A DNA stretch of 64,000 nucleotides from a virus (taxonomy: Duplodnaviria; Caudoviricetes): IMG/VR virus record IMGVR_UViG_3300021164_001199, positions 1 through 64,000 of that record. One strand, written 5' to 3'. Below are positions 9,460-21,100 of the stretch, piece by piece (the first letter of the stretch is position 1; the number at the start of each line of letters is the position of its first letter). The notes beneath the pieces are model-generated. The model worked only from the letters and a program-made list of their open reading frames with translations. It was not told the origin of the DNA and ran no database searches. A program made the translations under genes and the position numbers.

Positions 9460-9489
9460 GAACCCTGGCTTTTGCTGGGGTTTCTTTTT
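9460..9489 (+). terminator. Rho-independent terminator
   Basis: AACCCTGGC-TTTT-GCTGGGGTT stem (with G:U pairs) followed by TCTTTTT. Confidence 0.75.
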
Positions 9490-9501
9490 AATAAAAAATT
9501 A

Positions 9502-9509
9502 TATATTTG
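9502..9509 (+). promoter_or_regulatory. Bacteroidota-type sigma70 -7 element
   Basis: TATATTTG matches TAnnTTTG. It lies just after a terminator and about 20 nt before the ATG at 9530. No canonically spaced -33 TTTG was seen. Confidence 0.5.
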
Positions 9510-9529
9510 TTTAATCAAATTTTTTAAAA

Positions 9530-10711
9530 ATGAAGAACATTGAACAAAAGCTTAGAAAATTTTTAAAATGGAAAAAATCATTTGCTTACATGGCTAGTAA
9601 GCTTGATATATCTGAAGAAAAAGTTAAAAAAGAAATACAAAGAATTAAACTTTTAGATAGTAATACACAAAAAGGAGTATTTGAATCTAAAGTTAATCTG
9701 GATAATAAAACAACTGAATTAAAGGCAATTGCTTTTAGTGAACCACAAAGTCCAGAAGAAATAATTGAACTTCTAAAAATTGATACTAGTATATGGAAGC
9801 TATCCTCATATTGGAATAAGCAACAATCCAATCATTGGCTAGTATCTGCACTAGTAACACAAAAGACACTCACACAAGATAATCTTCTAGTTGAGTGTCT
9901 TTCTAATTTTAAACCAGATTATATACCACTTAAGAAATCTGAAATTCATGTAAATGATACAGAAGAAAATAGTTGTGCTATAATTTCAATACAAGATTTA
10001 CATTTTGGTAAAGAAGGAAATGAAGATATTAAATATAGATTTAAAAAATCATTATATAAACTTTTATCAAGTTGTTATACTGCTCACAAACTAAACAAAA
10101 TAATATACGTTGTAGGAGGTGATTTAATCAACGTAGATACATTTACTGGGACAACAACTAGTGGAACACCAGTTGACTCATCAAAGAATGCTATAGAGTC
10201 TTATTCGGAGGCATTTAAAACAATGTACTGGAGTATTAACTTACTCAAACAATTTTGTAATGAATTACAAGTAGTTTATATTCCAGGTAATCATGATAGA
10301 CTAAGTTCATTTCATTTAGCTCATGCATTAGAAAATTCTATTAGAGATGAAAATATTATATGGGATTGTGAATACTCAGAAAGAAAAGTTATAACCTATG
10401 GTATAAATATGTTTGGGTTTGAACATGGTGATACTAAAGTTGAACCATTAATCTATGCTACAGAATTTTCTAAAGATTGGGGTAACACAAGTCATAGAGT
10501 AATATTCACAGGACATAGACATATTAAAAAAACTACAACTATTGTTACTGAAAATGAAGTCAATGGTATATCAATAAAGATACTCCCATCATTGTCTAAT
10601 ACAGACTATTGGCATTATCATAATAAATATACTGGTTCCAAAAGGTCTGCTGTTATGGAAATCTATTCTGAAACTGAAGGAAAAGTTGCAGAATATAACG
10701 TAACATTTTAA
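9530..10711 (+). CDS. Calcineurin-like metallophosphoesterase with a possible N-terminal HTH
   Basis: Motifs DLH, GGDLIN, GNHD, HGD and GHRH appear in the canonical order. Confidence 0.85.
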   Translation: MKNIEQKLRKFLKWKKSFAYMASKLDISEEKVKKEIQRIKLLDSNTQKGVFESKVNLDNKTTELKAIAFSEPQSPEEIIELLKIDTSIWKLSSYWNKQQSNHWLVSALVTQKTLTQDNLLVECLSNFKPDYIPLKKSEIHVNDTEENSCAIISIQDLHFGKEGNEDIKYRFKKSLYKLLSSCYTAHKLNKIIYVVGGDLINVDTFTGTTTSGTPVDSSKNAIESYSEAFKTMYWSINLLKQFCNELQVVYIPGNHDRLSSFHLAHALENSIRDENIIWDCEYSERKVITYGINMFGFEHGDTKVEPLIYATEFSKDWGNTSHRVIFTGHRHIKKTTTIVTENEVNGISIKILPSLSNTDYWHYHNKYTGSKRSAVMEIYSETEGKVAEYNVTF

Positions 10712-10739
10712 TATATCCTTCTTTTTTAGTAGATTATAT

Positions 10740-11321
10740 ATGAGATATTATAGTAAACCTAATTTAAACGCTCCTAGACATAGACCTAAAAGATATTTAA
10801 TTTTAAATGAAGACTTTGTAAAAAGAATACATCAAAAGTATCCAGAAACAAAACATTTAAAATTAGGAGATCTTAGAAATATAATAGGAAAGTTTAATGA
10901 TGAAATATGGGAAACAGTAATAAATAATAGAGATGGTGTTGAACTGCCAAACAATCTTGGTTATCTTTTTATTGGAGTGTGTCAGAGACCTACAAAGTAT
11001 AATAAAAATTATATTAACTCAAAAGAATATAAAACAGATATACGACATAGAAATTATGAAACAGATGAGAAACTAGCTAAAATCTTTTATAGTAACTATT
11101 CTAAAAAATATTTATTTAAGAATAGAGAACTATGGGAATTTAAAGGGTATAGAAATTTTACCAGGAAAGTATCAGAGACTTTTTCAGAGAACTGGAAAAG
11201 ATATGTTGAGGTAGATAAAAATTCTTATATATCTAAGATTCTAAAAAGAGAAAAAGCTAAAGATTATGCTAAGAAATATTTTGTTGTACCAGATGATTAT
11301 AATGAATTTAATTTAGAATAA
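10740..11321 (+). CDS. IHF/HU-like DNA-binding protein (crAss-like)
   Basis: Basic 193-aa protein with a helix followed by GVELPNNLGYLFI, resembling the HU/IHF arm. It sits directly upstream of the ring/muzzle genes, as in crAss-like phages. Confidence 0.55.
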   Translation: MRYYSKPNLNAPRHRPKRYLILNEDFVKRIHQKYPETKHLKLGDLRNIIGKFNDEIWETVINNRDGVELPNNLGYLFIGVCQRPTKYNKNYINSKEYKTDIRHRNYETDEKLAKIFYSNYSKKYLFKNRELWEFKGYRNFTRKVSETFSENWKRYVEVDKNSYISKILKREKAKDYAKKYFVVPDDYNEFNLE

Positions 11322-11322
11322 A

Positions 11323-11997
11323 ATGGCAATCATAAGAGATACAGTATCACGGGTAAGAACATTAATAAAAGCTAATACAGAAGATGCTTTTGTTACAGAT
11401 AGATTTATCTATTCTGAAGTGGCAAAATATGCTCACATGTTTATTAAAAGAGATAATGTAGCAAATACTATTATTAACTTTAATACTATCATTAAAACTC
11501 TTCCTTGTGTGGAATTAATAGAAGTAGATAAAGTAAGTGATAGTTGTTGTGCTACTATCAGAAGTGGATGTACTATTAGAAGAACTAAAGATAAAATTCC
11601 CCATGTTGTAGAATGTAGATATGGACCAATCTTTAGATCAGTTACAACTTTAGATAATTCTAATGATTTTACATTAACAACCCCTAATACATTTAACTCA
11701 ATTACTGGGACCACAACTTATAGATATAATAAAACATTATACTTCTGGTATATAAATGGATTCTTATATTTTCCTAATGTTGATTTTGACTATGTTAAAA
11801 TTGAAGGAATATTTGAAGATTCAATAGATCCATTTGTTTGTGATAAAGAACTTCAATGTATATACAGACAAGATGATGATATATTTATTCCAGATTATTT
11901 ATTGCCAGAAATTGAACAACTTGTAATTAAAGATTTAATTATGAGAATTCAAGTACCAGCAGAAACATCAGATGATAAACAAAATATAAATAGATAA
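11323..11997 (+). CDS. Tail ring/tubular protein
   Basis: 224 aa with YINGFLYF...IEGIFEDS...DDIFIP and C-terminal DDKQN patterns. Assigned by synteny. Confidence 0.6.
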   Translation: MAIIRDTVSRVRTLIKANTEDAFVTDRFIYSEVAKYAHMFIKRDNVANTIINFNTIIKTLPCVELIEVDKVSDSCCATIRSGCTIRRTKDKIPHVVECRYGPIFRSVTTLDNSNDFTLTTPNTFNSITGTTTYRYNKTLYFWYINGFLYFPNVDFDYVKIEGIFEDSIDPFVCDKELQCIYRQDDDIFIPDYLLPEIEQLVIKDLIMRIQVPAETSDDKQNINR

Positions 11998-12863
11998 TGA
12001 GCAGCCTATATAATTATACTCTTAAGTATAGAACATTTAATCAATTGTTAAATGAGATGTATGTTGAGTTTCAAAGTCCTTCAATGGATAAAACTATTGA
12101 ACCTCAACACCTTATCAAAGTTGCAATGAGAGTTAATTATGATCTTGGTCTAAGAGTTCAGAGAACAAGAGAAACTGTACTAGACATTAGTAACAGTAAA
12201 GCTAAATTACCTCTTAACTTTAGTAGTTTAAACTTTGCATTATTATGTGGAAGTTATACTGTAACTACTCCTGTAATCCAGGGAACTCAATCAGAAGATA
12301 TTATTGTTAATCAAGGTAACTGTGGAAATGAAACTGATTGTAATGCACCATATACTTGTTTAAATGATTGTGGTGGTTATGTACAATTAATACAACGTTT
12401 CAAAACAGAGACAAGAACTTATAATCAAAATTATCCATTAAGACTAAGTGAGTCAAGGGAAGTTTCATGTTCATGTCCTAATGTAAAAAATCATGCAAGT
12501 AATTCAGGATACATCCGTGATGGTTTTCTATTTGTAGATTTTGAAGTTGGTAATGTTTATATTAACTACCAATCTACAATGGAAGATGATGATGGTAATT
12601 TACTTGTTGCTGATCATCCACTTTTAAATGAATATTATGAATATGCCTTAAAGCAAAGGCTTGTTGAAAATAGAGTTTTATTGGGTGATAAAGAATCTGT
12701 TGGTGTTCTTCAATTATTAGAACAAAGATTAAGAGCATCAAGAAATAACGCATTGTCTTTTGTTAATACTCCAAACTTTGCTGAACTAAAAAAGATTTGG
12801 GAAATTAATAGAGCATCAATGTATGACAAATACTATGACATGTTTAAATCATATAGACGATGA
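11997..12863 (+). CDS. Tail ring/tubular protein
   Basis: 288 aa with AKLPLNF and GNVYINY...DDDGNLLVADHP...EY motifs. Coupled by TAATG and located immediately upstream of the muzzle gene. Confidence 0.6.
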   Translation: MSSLYNYTLKYRTFNQLLNEMYVEFQSPSMDKTIEPQHLIKVAMRVNYDLGLRVQRTRETVLDISNSKAKLPLNFSSLNFALLCGSYTVTTPVIQGTQSEDIIVNQGNCGNETDCNAPYTCLNDCGGYVQLIQRFKTETRTYNQNYPLRLSESREVSCSCPNVKNHASNSGYIRDGFLFVDFEVGNVYINYQSTMEDDDGNLLVADHPLLNEYYEYALKQRLVENRVLLGDKESVGVLQLLEQRLRASRNNALSFVNTPNFAELKKIWEINRASMYDKYYDMFKSYRR

Positions 12864-13222
12864 GTTTTATCAAAAGTTTCAAATTAGATTTATATGCCTG
12901 CAAGATATCTGTTATTGTAGCTGATGATATATTTGAAGAAGAGAAAAAACTATATAATAAATATGGTGAAGACTATGATGATTATATGAGTGCTGATGGT
13001 CTATGTTTATATTTTATTCATGACCATTATTATATACTATTAAAAAAAGATGCGATTACTCACAATCTTATAGCACACGAATTATATCATACTGTTTGTG
13101 CTATCATGGATCATAGAATAATAGATGATGAAGAAGCAAGAGCTTGGTTGATTGGATATGTTACATCACTTATTTATCAAGCATTTGATAAAGCAAAAAT
13201 TGAAATAAAAAATGGCCACTAG
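12860..13222 (+). CDS. Small zincin-like metallopeptidase
   Basis: IAHELYH (HExxH) plus a downstream DEEARAWL glutamate. Confidence 0.6.
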   Translation: MSFIKSFKLDLYACKISVIVADDIFEEEKKLYNKYGEDYDDYMSADGLCLYFIHDHYYILLKKDAITHNLIAHELYHTVCAIMDHRIIDDEEARAWLIGYVTSLIYQAFDKAKIEIKNGH

Positions 13223-16200
13223 ACAAGATAATTCTGAAAACTCTCAACAAAGTAATTCATCTGATGCATCATTGAATACCTTTAATAAAGGTATGATGAT
13301 GGACATAGATGATATTGTTGTTCCACAAGGTGTATGGTTAAAAGCTAGAAATGCTATTAATAACTCTGATAAAGGACACTTAGGTGTTTTAGGTAATGAA
13401 CCATCTAATACATTTTGTGATGCTATAGCTAATCAATTTATTGTTATTGGTTTAATTTATATTACAGATGGTGTATGGTCTGTTTTTTCAACAAATAATA
13501 TTAATTCTGAAATAGGTATATACAAAGAAGATGAATGTTCATATAGACGTTTATTCCGTGATTTAAATAATTGTTTAAATTTTAAAACTACACATTTAAT
13601 TAAAGGAGTATCTAAAGAACAATTTGATTGTTCAAGACAACTCTATTGGGCAGATGGTTTTAATCCAGATAGAACAATTGGAATAAAACAAGACTTAAGC
13701 GGACTTGTAGATGAATATTATTTTAATAATAAAACAGAGCAAACTACTGGAGATGCTGATGAAATTTGTGAAATAGATGATTATGATACAACTAGATTAA
13801 ACTGTGATAAAACTAGACTAGCTCAATTAGTAAAGCCTCCTTGTATTGATCTGAGAAGAAGTAATTTTTCTGGAAGTATAGGAAATGGATCATATCAAGT
13901 ATTTATTGCATATACTGTAAATGAACAAAGAGTAACTGATTATATTGGTATAAGTAATGTTCAACCATTATATACACATGAAAATATAAATAGTTCATTA
14001 GAAATAGTTGTATCAGAAATAGATGAGAGATTTGATGAATATGAATTAGTAATTGTTAGTTTCTTTAATCAACAAACAGTTGCAAAAAAACTAGGAATTT
14101 ATAGTACAGGTTCAGGTACCATAACTGTAGATTACATAAACACAGAATTACCATCAGTACCTATTTCTCAAATTCCAATAATATCAACTGTCTATGAAAG
14201 ATCAGAGGCAATGTATAGAAATGGTGATTACTTATTAAGAGTTGCACCTACAGGATATTTAGATTTTAACTATCAACCTAGAGCTAATCAAATTACTGCT
14301 AAATGGTTTGCTTCTACACAACCTGAAAACTATTATACTAATGGTGGTAATAAAACTACATACTTAAGAGATGAAGTATATTCATTTTTTATTAGATGGG
14401 TTTATGATACAGGTTACAAATCTCCTTCTTTTCATATACCAGGTAGAGATAAAAATTCTACAGATTCATTAACACAAGGAATAGATCATGCTGCATCTAC
14501 TGCAGATCCAATAGAAAATACATTACAACTTTGGCAAATAAAAAATACAGCAACTAAAACTGCTCCTTTTGGACCCATTGATTATAATACACCTTTAGAT
14601 ATTAATTATCCAAATGTAGTTGCTGAAGGTCAAATGGGTTATTGGGAATCTACAGAAATGTATCCTAATGATAAACCAGAAGTATGGAATGTAGGTGATC
14701 CAAATCATCCAGAATGGGATTTATGTGGACAAAGAATTAGACATCATAAGTTTCCAGATACAGATTTAATACCACACTTCATTGGTGATGATACAGATTT
14801 ATTTATTAAAACACATGTTAATCATAATAACTTTTGTGCTACATCATTACTCTCAGGTCCCAATCAATTAGCTTTTTCTAAAGGTAGAAACTATAGAATT
14901 GTTTTACTAGGAGTAAACTTTGATAATATATTACCACCTGTAGATGAAGATGGTAACTTAATTCCTGGAATTATAGGATATGAAATACTTAGAGGAACAA
15001 GAGAAAATAATAGAACTATTATTGCTAAGGGTGTTATTACTAATTTAAGAGAATATGATTATCCTGAATTTACTAATACACAAACTGAAAAAAAAGGATT
15101 AATATTAAATTATCCATTTAATGACTTAAGAGATGATGAATTATTATCTAGAATAAAAGTAGATGGTGGTTGTAATAATCCTTGTAATTTTGTTGACTAT
15201 CCTTTACTTAATATTTTTAATAGAAGGTATGTAGCATTTCATTCACCAGATACAAACTTTGGTAATCCATTTTTAGATGTAGATGAAATTAAATATACAG
15301 GAGAATTACAAGGTGTTGCTGAAGGATATTTTACTGAAGTAAATAAACATCCCAAACATGCTTTACCAAATGATGGGGCTTTAATTATAGCTATGATATT
15401 TGGTTTTATTACTGCATTAAATTATACAGTATTTAGTGGTACTGCTAGTGGTACTGCTGATTTTTATACAGAAATAGGTGGAAATGCAACAGCTATGGGT
15501 AATAAACCACCTATTGATGATTTACCTGTATTTGTAGATGCTATTGTTAGTGCTATAATGAAACCTATTGCATTAGTATATTATACAATTCAAATAGCTC
15601 AAGGTTATCTTGATGCAATGATGGCATTAATGTCAACAAGACAATATGCATTACAACATAAGGCTCATTGTTTCTATTCTAATTTTGTAAGAATGAGACC
15701 AGTAAGGCAAAATGTTTTAAGATCAGGATATATAAAAGATTCAAGACAAAGTTTAGATGATATATATACAATAAATAATGTATATAGAACTAATTTTGTA
15801 TTTCTAAATACAAATAGAGACTGTGTATTTCCAACTTTAAGAGATACTAGTAGATACTCTGTTCATAAAGTATTAGGTTATAATGATATTAGAATTTTAG
15901 ATCCAACTAATAAAAGAGTATCAGTTACATCATCATGTATGTATGCTTCTTTAAAAGTTAAAATAAGAAACTTATATGGACAATTAAATTCTATTAGACA
16001 ACTACTTATTTCTCCATGTGTATTTAATGTGCCATCAAATCAAGATGCAAATACTATTGTACCAGGAACTAAGTATGATGTGTATGGTGGTGATAATTAT
16101 ATAGGAAGATATACTGAAAAAAATACTTTCTTCTTTTTCTATGATTGGTTAATGGATCAACCAGATGGTATTGAGTTTGATTATAGAAAATACACAATGA

Positions 16201-18113
16201 TTCCATATCCTAGATATTGGATTAATACAGAAAGATACAATACTGGTCAAATATTAGATAATTTAATACCAGGACTTTTGTGTAATGATACTGATGGTGA
16301 AAGTGCATTAGAAACCATACAAGATAATACTTATCAAGATGCCTTTCCAAGTGATAATGCATCATTAGTAAGAAATAAATGTACTAGTATAACAATAAGT
16401 AATTTATTTTGTGGTGGTTCTAATGAAGATGTTTTATTAAGAATTGATGGTTGGTTCTATTTATTTTATAGTGGAGTTAAAGACTTCTTTGTAGAATCTG
16501 AAATAAATTTAGCTTTAAGAGATTATGATGAGGTTCCTGAAAAAAGATTCTATGATGAATTTACTTATACCAATCTTGACTTAATGTTTGATACTAGCAT
16601 TGTTAAAAAAGCAAACTATTATAAATATGATAAATCATTAAGTATTGCAAAATATGCTAACGTATTTCCATCTTGGAGTACATTACATCCTAGAAGTTAT
16701 AATCCAGTAGTAGCAGCAGATTGCTATCAGAGTTTTCCTAAAAGAGTAATTTATTCATTACCAAGTTCTAAAGAAAGAAAAAAAGATTATTGGAGAAACT
16801 TCTTAGCATTTAACTATAGAGACTTTACCTCAACAGTAACTTCGATTTCTCCTATTAGTATGAATGGAGCAATGATCCATTTTAAAGATATAAGTCCTGT
16901 TCAATTTATTGGAGTTGATACTTTACAAACAGATGTAGGTACAAAGATTACTATTGGTGATGGTGGATTATTTAATCAAGCATTACAAAATATAGTTAAT
17001 ACAGATGCACCTTATGAATATGGTTCATGTCAAGATAGAATGTCTATTATCAATACACCATTTGGTCTATTCTGGATTAGTCAAGATCAAGGTAAAATAT
17101 TCCAGTATGGTGGTCAGATAAAAGAGATTTCTGCAAAAGGTATGAGATGGTGGTTTGCTAGATATTTAAAATATGAATTAATAACAGCATTTCCAGATTT
17201 TAATATTTTACAAAATCCTGTAGCAGGTATTGGATGTCAAGCAATTTATGATAATAAGAATCAAATAATTTATTTCTCTAAGAGAGATTACAGACCTTTA
17301 GATCCAAATTTAGTTTATAGTCCAGAAGCTAATAAATTTACAATAACTTCACTTGGATTAAGAGATATAAAATTAACTGATAAGAGATATTTTGAAGATG
17401 CTTCATGGACTATATCATATGATCCTAAAACTGAAGCATGGATTTCTTTTCATGACTGGCATCCTAACTTTATGATACCAGAAAGAAATACTTTCACTAC
17501 AGTTATAGGAGGTAGTTTCTGGAAACATAATAATACTTGTTCAAGCTTTTGTAATTTTTATAATGTAGATTATCCATTTGAAATTGAAACTATTGTTAAT
17601 AGTGGTCAAACAGTAACTACTACAAGAAGTGTTGAGTATATGATGGAAGCATATAGATATGCTGAAAATTGTTTTGATGCACATCATCTATTAGATTACA
17701 ACTTTGATGAAATGATAGTTTATAATACTGAACAAATTTCTGGTATATTAAAGTTAAATTTGAATTCTAAAAATGAACCTTTTATAAATCTAACTTATCC
17801 TATTGTTAATCCTCAAGGTTATATAGATGTGTTATATAGTAAAGAAGAAAACAAATATAGAGTTAATCAGTTCTTTGATATTACTTTAGATAGAGGAGAG
17901 TATTCAGGTAATACTAATATAGTATGGAATACTCAAGCTAATGGTTATGTTAAAAATATAAATCAAGCTTCTGTTAATTATAACAAGGATCCATTTCAAC
18001 ATAAAAAATTTAGACACTATTCTAATAAAGTATTATTTAGAAAGAACGTGAATAACAATATCAAAATGTTCTTTAAAATATTTAATGTTAAACAGCAGAT
18101 CTCAATGCGATGA
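13212..18113 (+). CDS. Tail stabilisation / muzzle protein (crAss-like, P22 gp10-related)
   Basis: 1633 aa. N-terminal NTFNKGMMMD...ARNA, LYWADGFNPDR, RDEVYSFFIRW, IRHHKFPD, and C-terminal WTISYD...WISFHDWHP motifs. Synteny agrees. Confidence 0.75.
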   Translation: MATRQDNSENSQQSNSSDASLNTFNKGMMMDIDDIVVPQGVWLKARNAINNSDKGHLGVLGNEPSNTFCDAIANQFIVIGLIYITDGVWSVFSTNNINSEIGIYKEDECSYRRLFRDLNNCLNFKTTHLIKGVSKEQFDCSRQLYWADGFNPDRTIGIKQDLSGLVDEYYFNNKTEQTTGDADEICEIDDYDTTRLNCDKTRLAQLVKPPCIDLRRSNFSGSIGNGSYQVFIAYTVNEQRVTDYIGISNVQPLYTHENINSSLEIVVSEIDERFDEYELVIVSFFNQQTVAKKLGIYSTGSGTITVDYINTELPSVPISQIPIISTVYERSEAMYRNGDYLLRVAPTGYLDFNYQPRANQITAKWFASTQPENYYTNGGNKTTYLRDEVYSFFIRWVYDTGYKSPSFHIPGRDKNSTDSLTQGIDHAASTADPIENTLQLWQIKNTATKTAPFGPIDYNTPLDINYPNVVAEGQMGYWESTEMYPNDKPEVWNVGDPNHPEWDLCGQRIRHHKFPDTDLIPHFIGDDTDLFIKTHVNHNNFCATSLLSGPNQLAFSKGRNYRIVLLGVNFDNILPPVDEDGNLIPGIIGYEILRGTRENNRTIIAKGVITNLREYDYPEFTNTQTEKKGLILNYPFNDLRDDELLSRIKVDGGCNNPCNFVDYPLLNIFNRRYVAFHSPDTNFGNPFLDVDEIKYTGELQGVAEGYFTEVNKHPKHALPNDGALIIAMIFGFITALNYTVFSGTASGTADFYTEIGGNATAMGNKPPIDDLPVFVDAIVSAIMKPIALVYYTIQIAQGYLDAMMALMSTRQYALQHKAHCFYSNFVRMRPVRQNVLRSGYIKDSRQSLDDIYTINNVYRTNFVFLNTNRDCVFPTLRDTSRYSVHKVLGYNDIRILDPTNKRVSVTSSCMYASLKVKIRNLYGQLNSIRQLLISPCVFNVPSNQDANTIVPGTKYDVYGGDNYIGRYTEKNTFFFFYDWLMDQPDGIEFDYRKYTMIPYPRYWINTERYNTGQILDNLIPGLLCNDTDGESALETIQDNTYQDAFPSDNASLVRNKCTSITISNLFCGGSNEDVLLRIDGWFYLFYSGVKDFFVESEINLALRDYDEVPEKRFYDEFTYTNLDLMFDTSIVKKANYYKYDKSLSIAKYANVFPSWSTLHPRSYNPVVAADCYQSFPKRVIYSLPSSKERKKDYWRNFLAFNYRDFTSTVTSISPISMNGAMIHFKDISPVQFIGVDTLQTDVGTKITIGDGGLFNQALQNIVNTDAPYEYGSCQDRMSIINTPFGLFWISQDQGKIFQYGGQIKEISAKGMRWWFARYLKYELITAFPDFNILQNPVAGIGCQAIYDNKNQIIYFSKRDYRPLDPNLVYSPEANKFTITSLGLRDIKLTDKRYFEDASWTISYDPKTEAWISFHDWHPNFMIPERNTFTTVIGGSFWKHNNTCSSFCNFYNVDYPFEIETIVNSGQTVTTTRSVEYMMEAYRYAENCFDAHHLLDYNFDEMIVYNTEQISGILKLNLNSKNEPFINLTYPIVNPQGYIDVLYSKEENKYRVNQFFDITLDRGEYSGNTNIVWNTQANGYVKNINQASVNYNKDPFQHKKFRHYSNKVLFRKNVNNNIKMFFKIFNVKQQISMR

Positions 18114-21100
18114 AAAAAAGGCTTAAAAAATTCATAGTAGATCCAAAAGGACAATACAATCATCCAGGAAAAAATACTTATATACCAAATGCTAAAGGTA
18201 GTATAACAATGAAAGGAGTGCCTTATCCTGTATTAGGTATAGATGATCAAGGTAATCAACAAATGATGTATCCTAATGAAGACTATCAATTTCCAGGAAA
18301 TGGTGTATATGAAATACCAATGGCTCAAAATGGAGGAACCTTTAATCCAGATACAGATGAGTTTATTGAATTTAATGATGAGTTACCACAAAGTGATAGT
18401 AAGTATAATCAAAAAAGAGCTGATGAATTAGGTTATAAACCTGATGAAACTGGACATTTACCATCTGTAGATTATACAAATGGTATGTGGTTAAAATCTA
18501 AAGAGCATCCTACAGCTTGGATGGAGTATCTTTATGGGTATACTTTAAATCCAGAATTAAATAAAAATACAAATGTTGTAATAAATCCAGAAGGTTATTT
18601 TGGAAAGAATCAATTACAATACATAAATAAAAAATATGGTGGTGCATTCAACCCAGACACGGATGAATTCATAGGATTTGCAGATGAGTTACCTCAAGCA
18701 CAAGAAGGTTTAGAAAAAAAAGGATTTGATTCATTATCTGAATCTCAAAAAGCATTATTACAAAAAGGTAATAATCTAGATAAAGTAAAAGGATGGTATG
18801 AAAAATATCCTGATGAAATGCAAAATTATAAAGCATTTATAGATCAACATAATGCTGATGATTACTTAAAACTATATGATACTGAAAAAGAAAAGTTTGA
18901 TGAGTCAGTTAAAAATAATGCTGATTGGCATAAAGACTGGTATGCAAAAAGAGCACAGTTACCACAATTTAAAGATGTAGCTACACAAAGACTTAATAAT
19001 TATACTGATCAAGATCTTGAATCTACTACTTTAGTAGATCCCGTTAATTTTGCATTTAATTTATGGAAAGATCAAAAACAAGATATGAAATGGCGTTTAC
19101 AAAAAAATAGTGAAACTGGTAAATTTGAAGTTAAACCTGTAGATCGAGATTCACCACCTTCTAAATTTGAATTTCCTACTGATAAATTATTTGGTGAATA
19201 TGATCCTAGTACAAAAAAAGTATTGGTAAATTCTAAATTAGTCAATCAAGGATATTATGATGTAAATGGTAAACTTTATAATCAAACAGTTACACATGAA
19301 AATGATCATAAACAAGATTATGATTATCCACAAGAAGGAACAACAAAAAATATTTCACTAAATGATTGGAAAAATTATGATGATAATTATTCTAAATATT
19401 TATTAGATCAAGAAGGTACATATGAAAATCCTAGAAAAGATCCCTTACAAGATGTATTAGGTTATAATAATATTATATCAGATAATAGAACAGATAATGG
19501 TAAAGATTTATATCAATATCAACCAAAAGAAGTTAGAACACGTTTAGATGTTTGGAGACAATATAATAATATAGATGCTTTAAAACAATATTCTGAAGAT
19601 GAAATAAGAAGTATTATACAAAATAATAGTAAAGATCCTAATACTCCAAGGAATATAAAAGAGTTATATCAAACTATTGACAATCCTAGTAAGTTAAGGT
19701 ATCTACATAATAGTTATGTTAGTAATGATAAACAAAGTCCATTAGATAGATTTTTACCACAAAATTATATACAAAAAGCTCAGACAGGAATTGAATTAAT
19801 AGATTGGGATAATGCAAAAAAATATATGCCTTGGAAAACTAAAACTAAATTTTCCCCATCTAAAGTATTACTTAGAGAATTAGGTAATGTTAGTAGATAT
19901 AATAATTCAGAAGAAGGTATTATAAAAGAACCATATAAGAATTCACATGAAGTATACATGGATGATAAAAAAGGATGGAGAAAAGTTTCACCTGAAGATT
20001 ATGAAATGTATAAAAAACAATATCCTGGTTCTGATACACCTTCAGGATGGATAATGAATAATAAACAAACTGGAGGTAGTTTACAAAAATATCAAATTAA
20101 AGGACAAGATAATATTCAAACAACTCCTGCAGTTTCAACAGGAGTAAATCTTAATATACGTCAAATAGATCCTTCAGTTAAATTTGCTGCACCAAAAAAA
20201 TCTCCTTATGAACAACTATCATCATTAAGTCAGGAAGCATATAATCAATACAGTAATACATTATCTGATGTAGATAAGTGGCCTCAATTATCTGGTAAAA
20301 CAATTAACTTAACAACAGATAGATATAGAGGTGCAAATGTTCCAGTTGAATATATTGATATGTTGACTAGTTCTGCTAAAAAATTTAAAATAGATCCATA
20401 TCTATTATATGCAATAGCTGGTAGAGAATCTACTTTTGGACAAGGAACATTAGCTAATAAACAAAGAAACATATCACCAATAGAATTAGTTTCAGGTTGG
20501 AATATTGCTAGTCAATATGAACCATATGATTATACAAGATTTTTAGCAGATAATAGAACTCCAAGTGTTAAAACAAATAAAAACAAACATGGTTATTATT
20601 ACAGTATAGATTCAGATAATAGAGATAGTACTTTAAATCAAATTAGTAATTATATAACTGATAATGATTTAATAGATAAATATAAAAAGAAATTAGAGTC
20701 TACTCCTAAAATTAATTATACAAATCCATATGATTTTCTTGCAGAATTTATTATAAAAAATGGAGTTGATAAATATAATCCAGGTGATCCTGATTATAAA
20801 AATAAAATTAATAATGAAATTTCATTACTAAAAAAAGATTCTGCATTTTCTAAATATGTTAATAAAAAACAAAATGGTGGTAGTCTAGAACAATATCAAA
20901 AGAAAGGACAAGTTGTATCTTATCCATCTACAGCAATGACTTATAATGATAATAGATCATTCTTTGATAGTCATGCTGTATTAAATGATAACCCAAGATA
21001 TAATGAATGGTTGAAAAAAAATATATATGAAGGTAACATAGCATATGATCCTAATACTGGAATGTCATATCCTTTAAATAAAAAGATTTCAATTCCAGAA

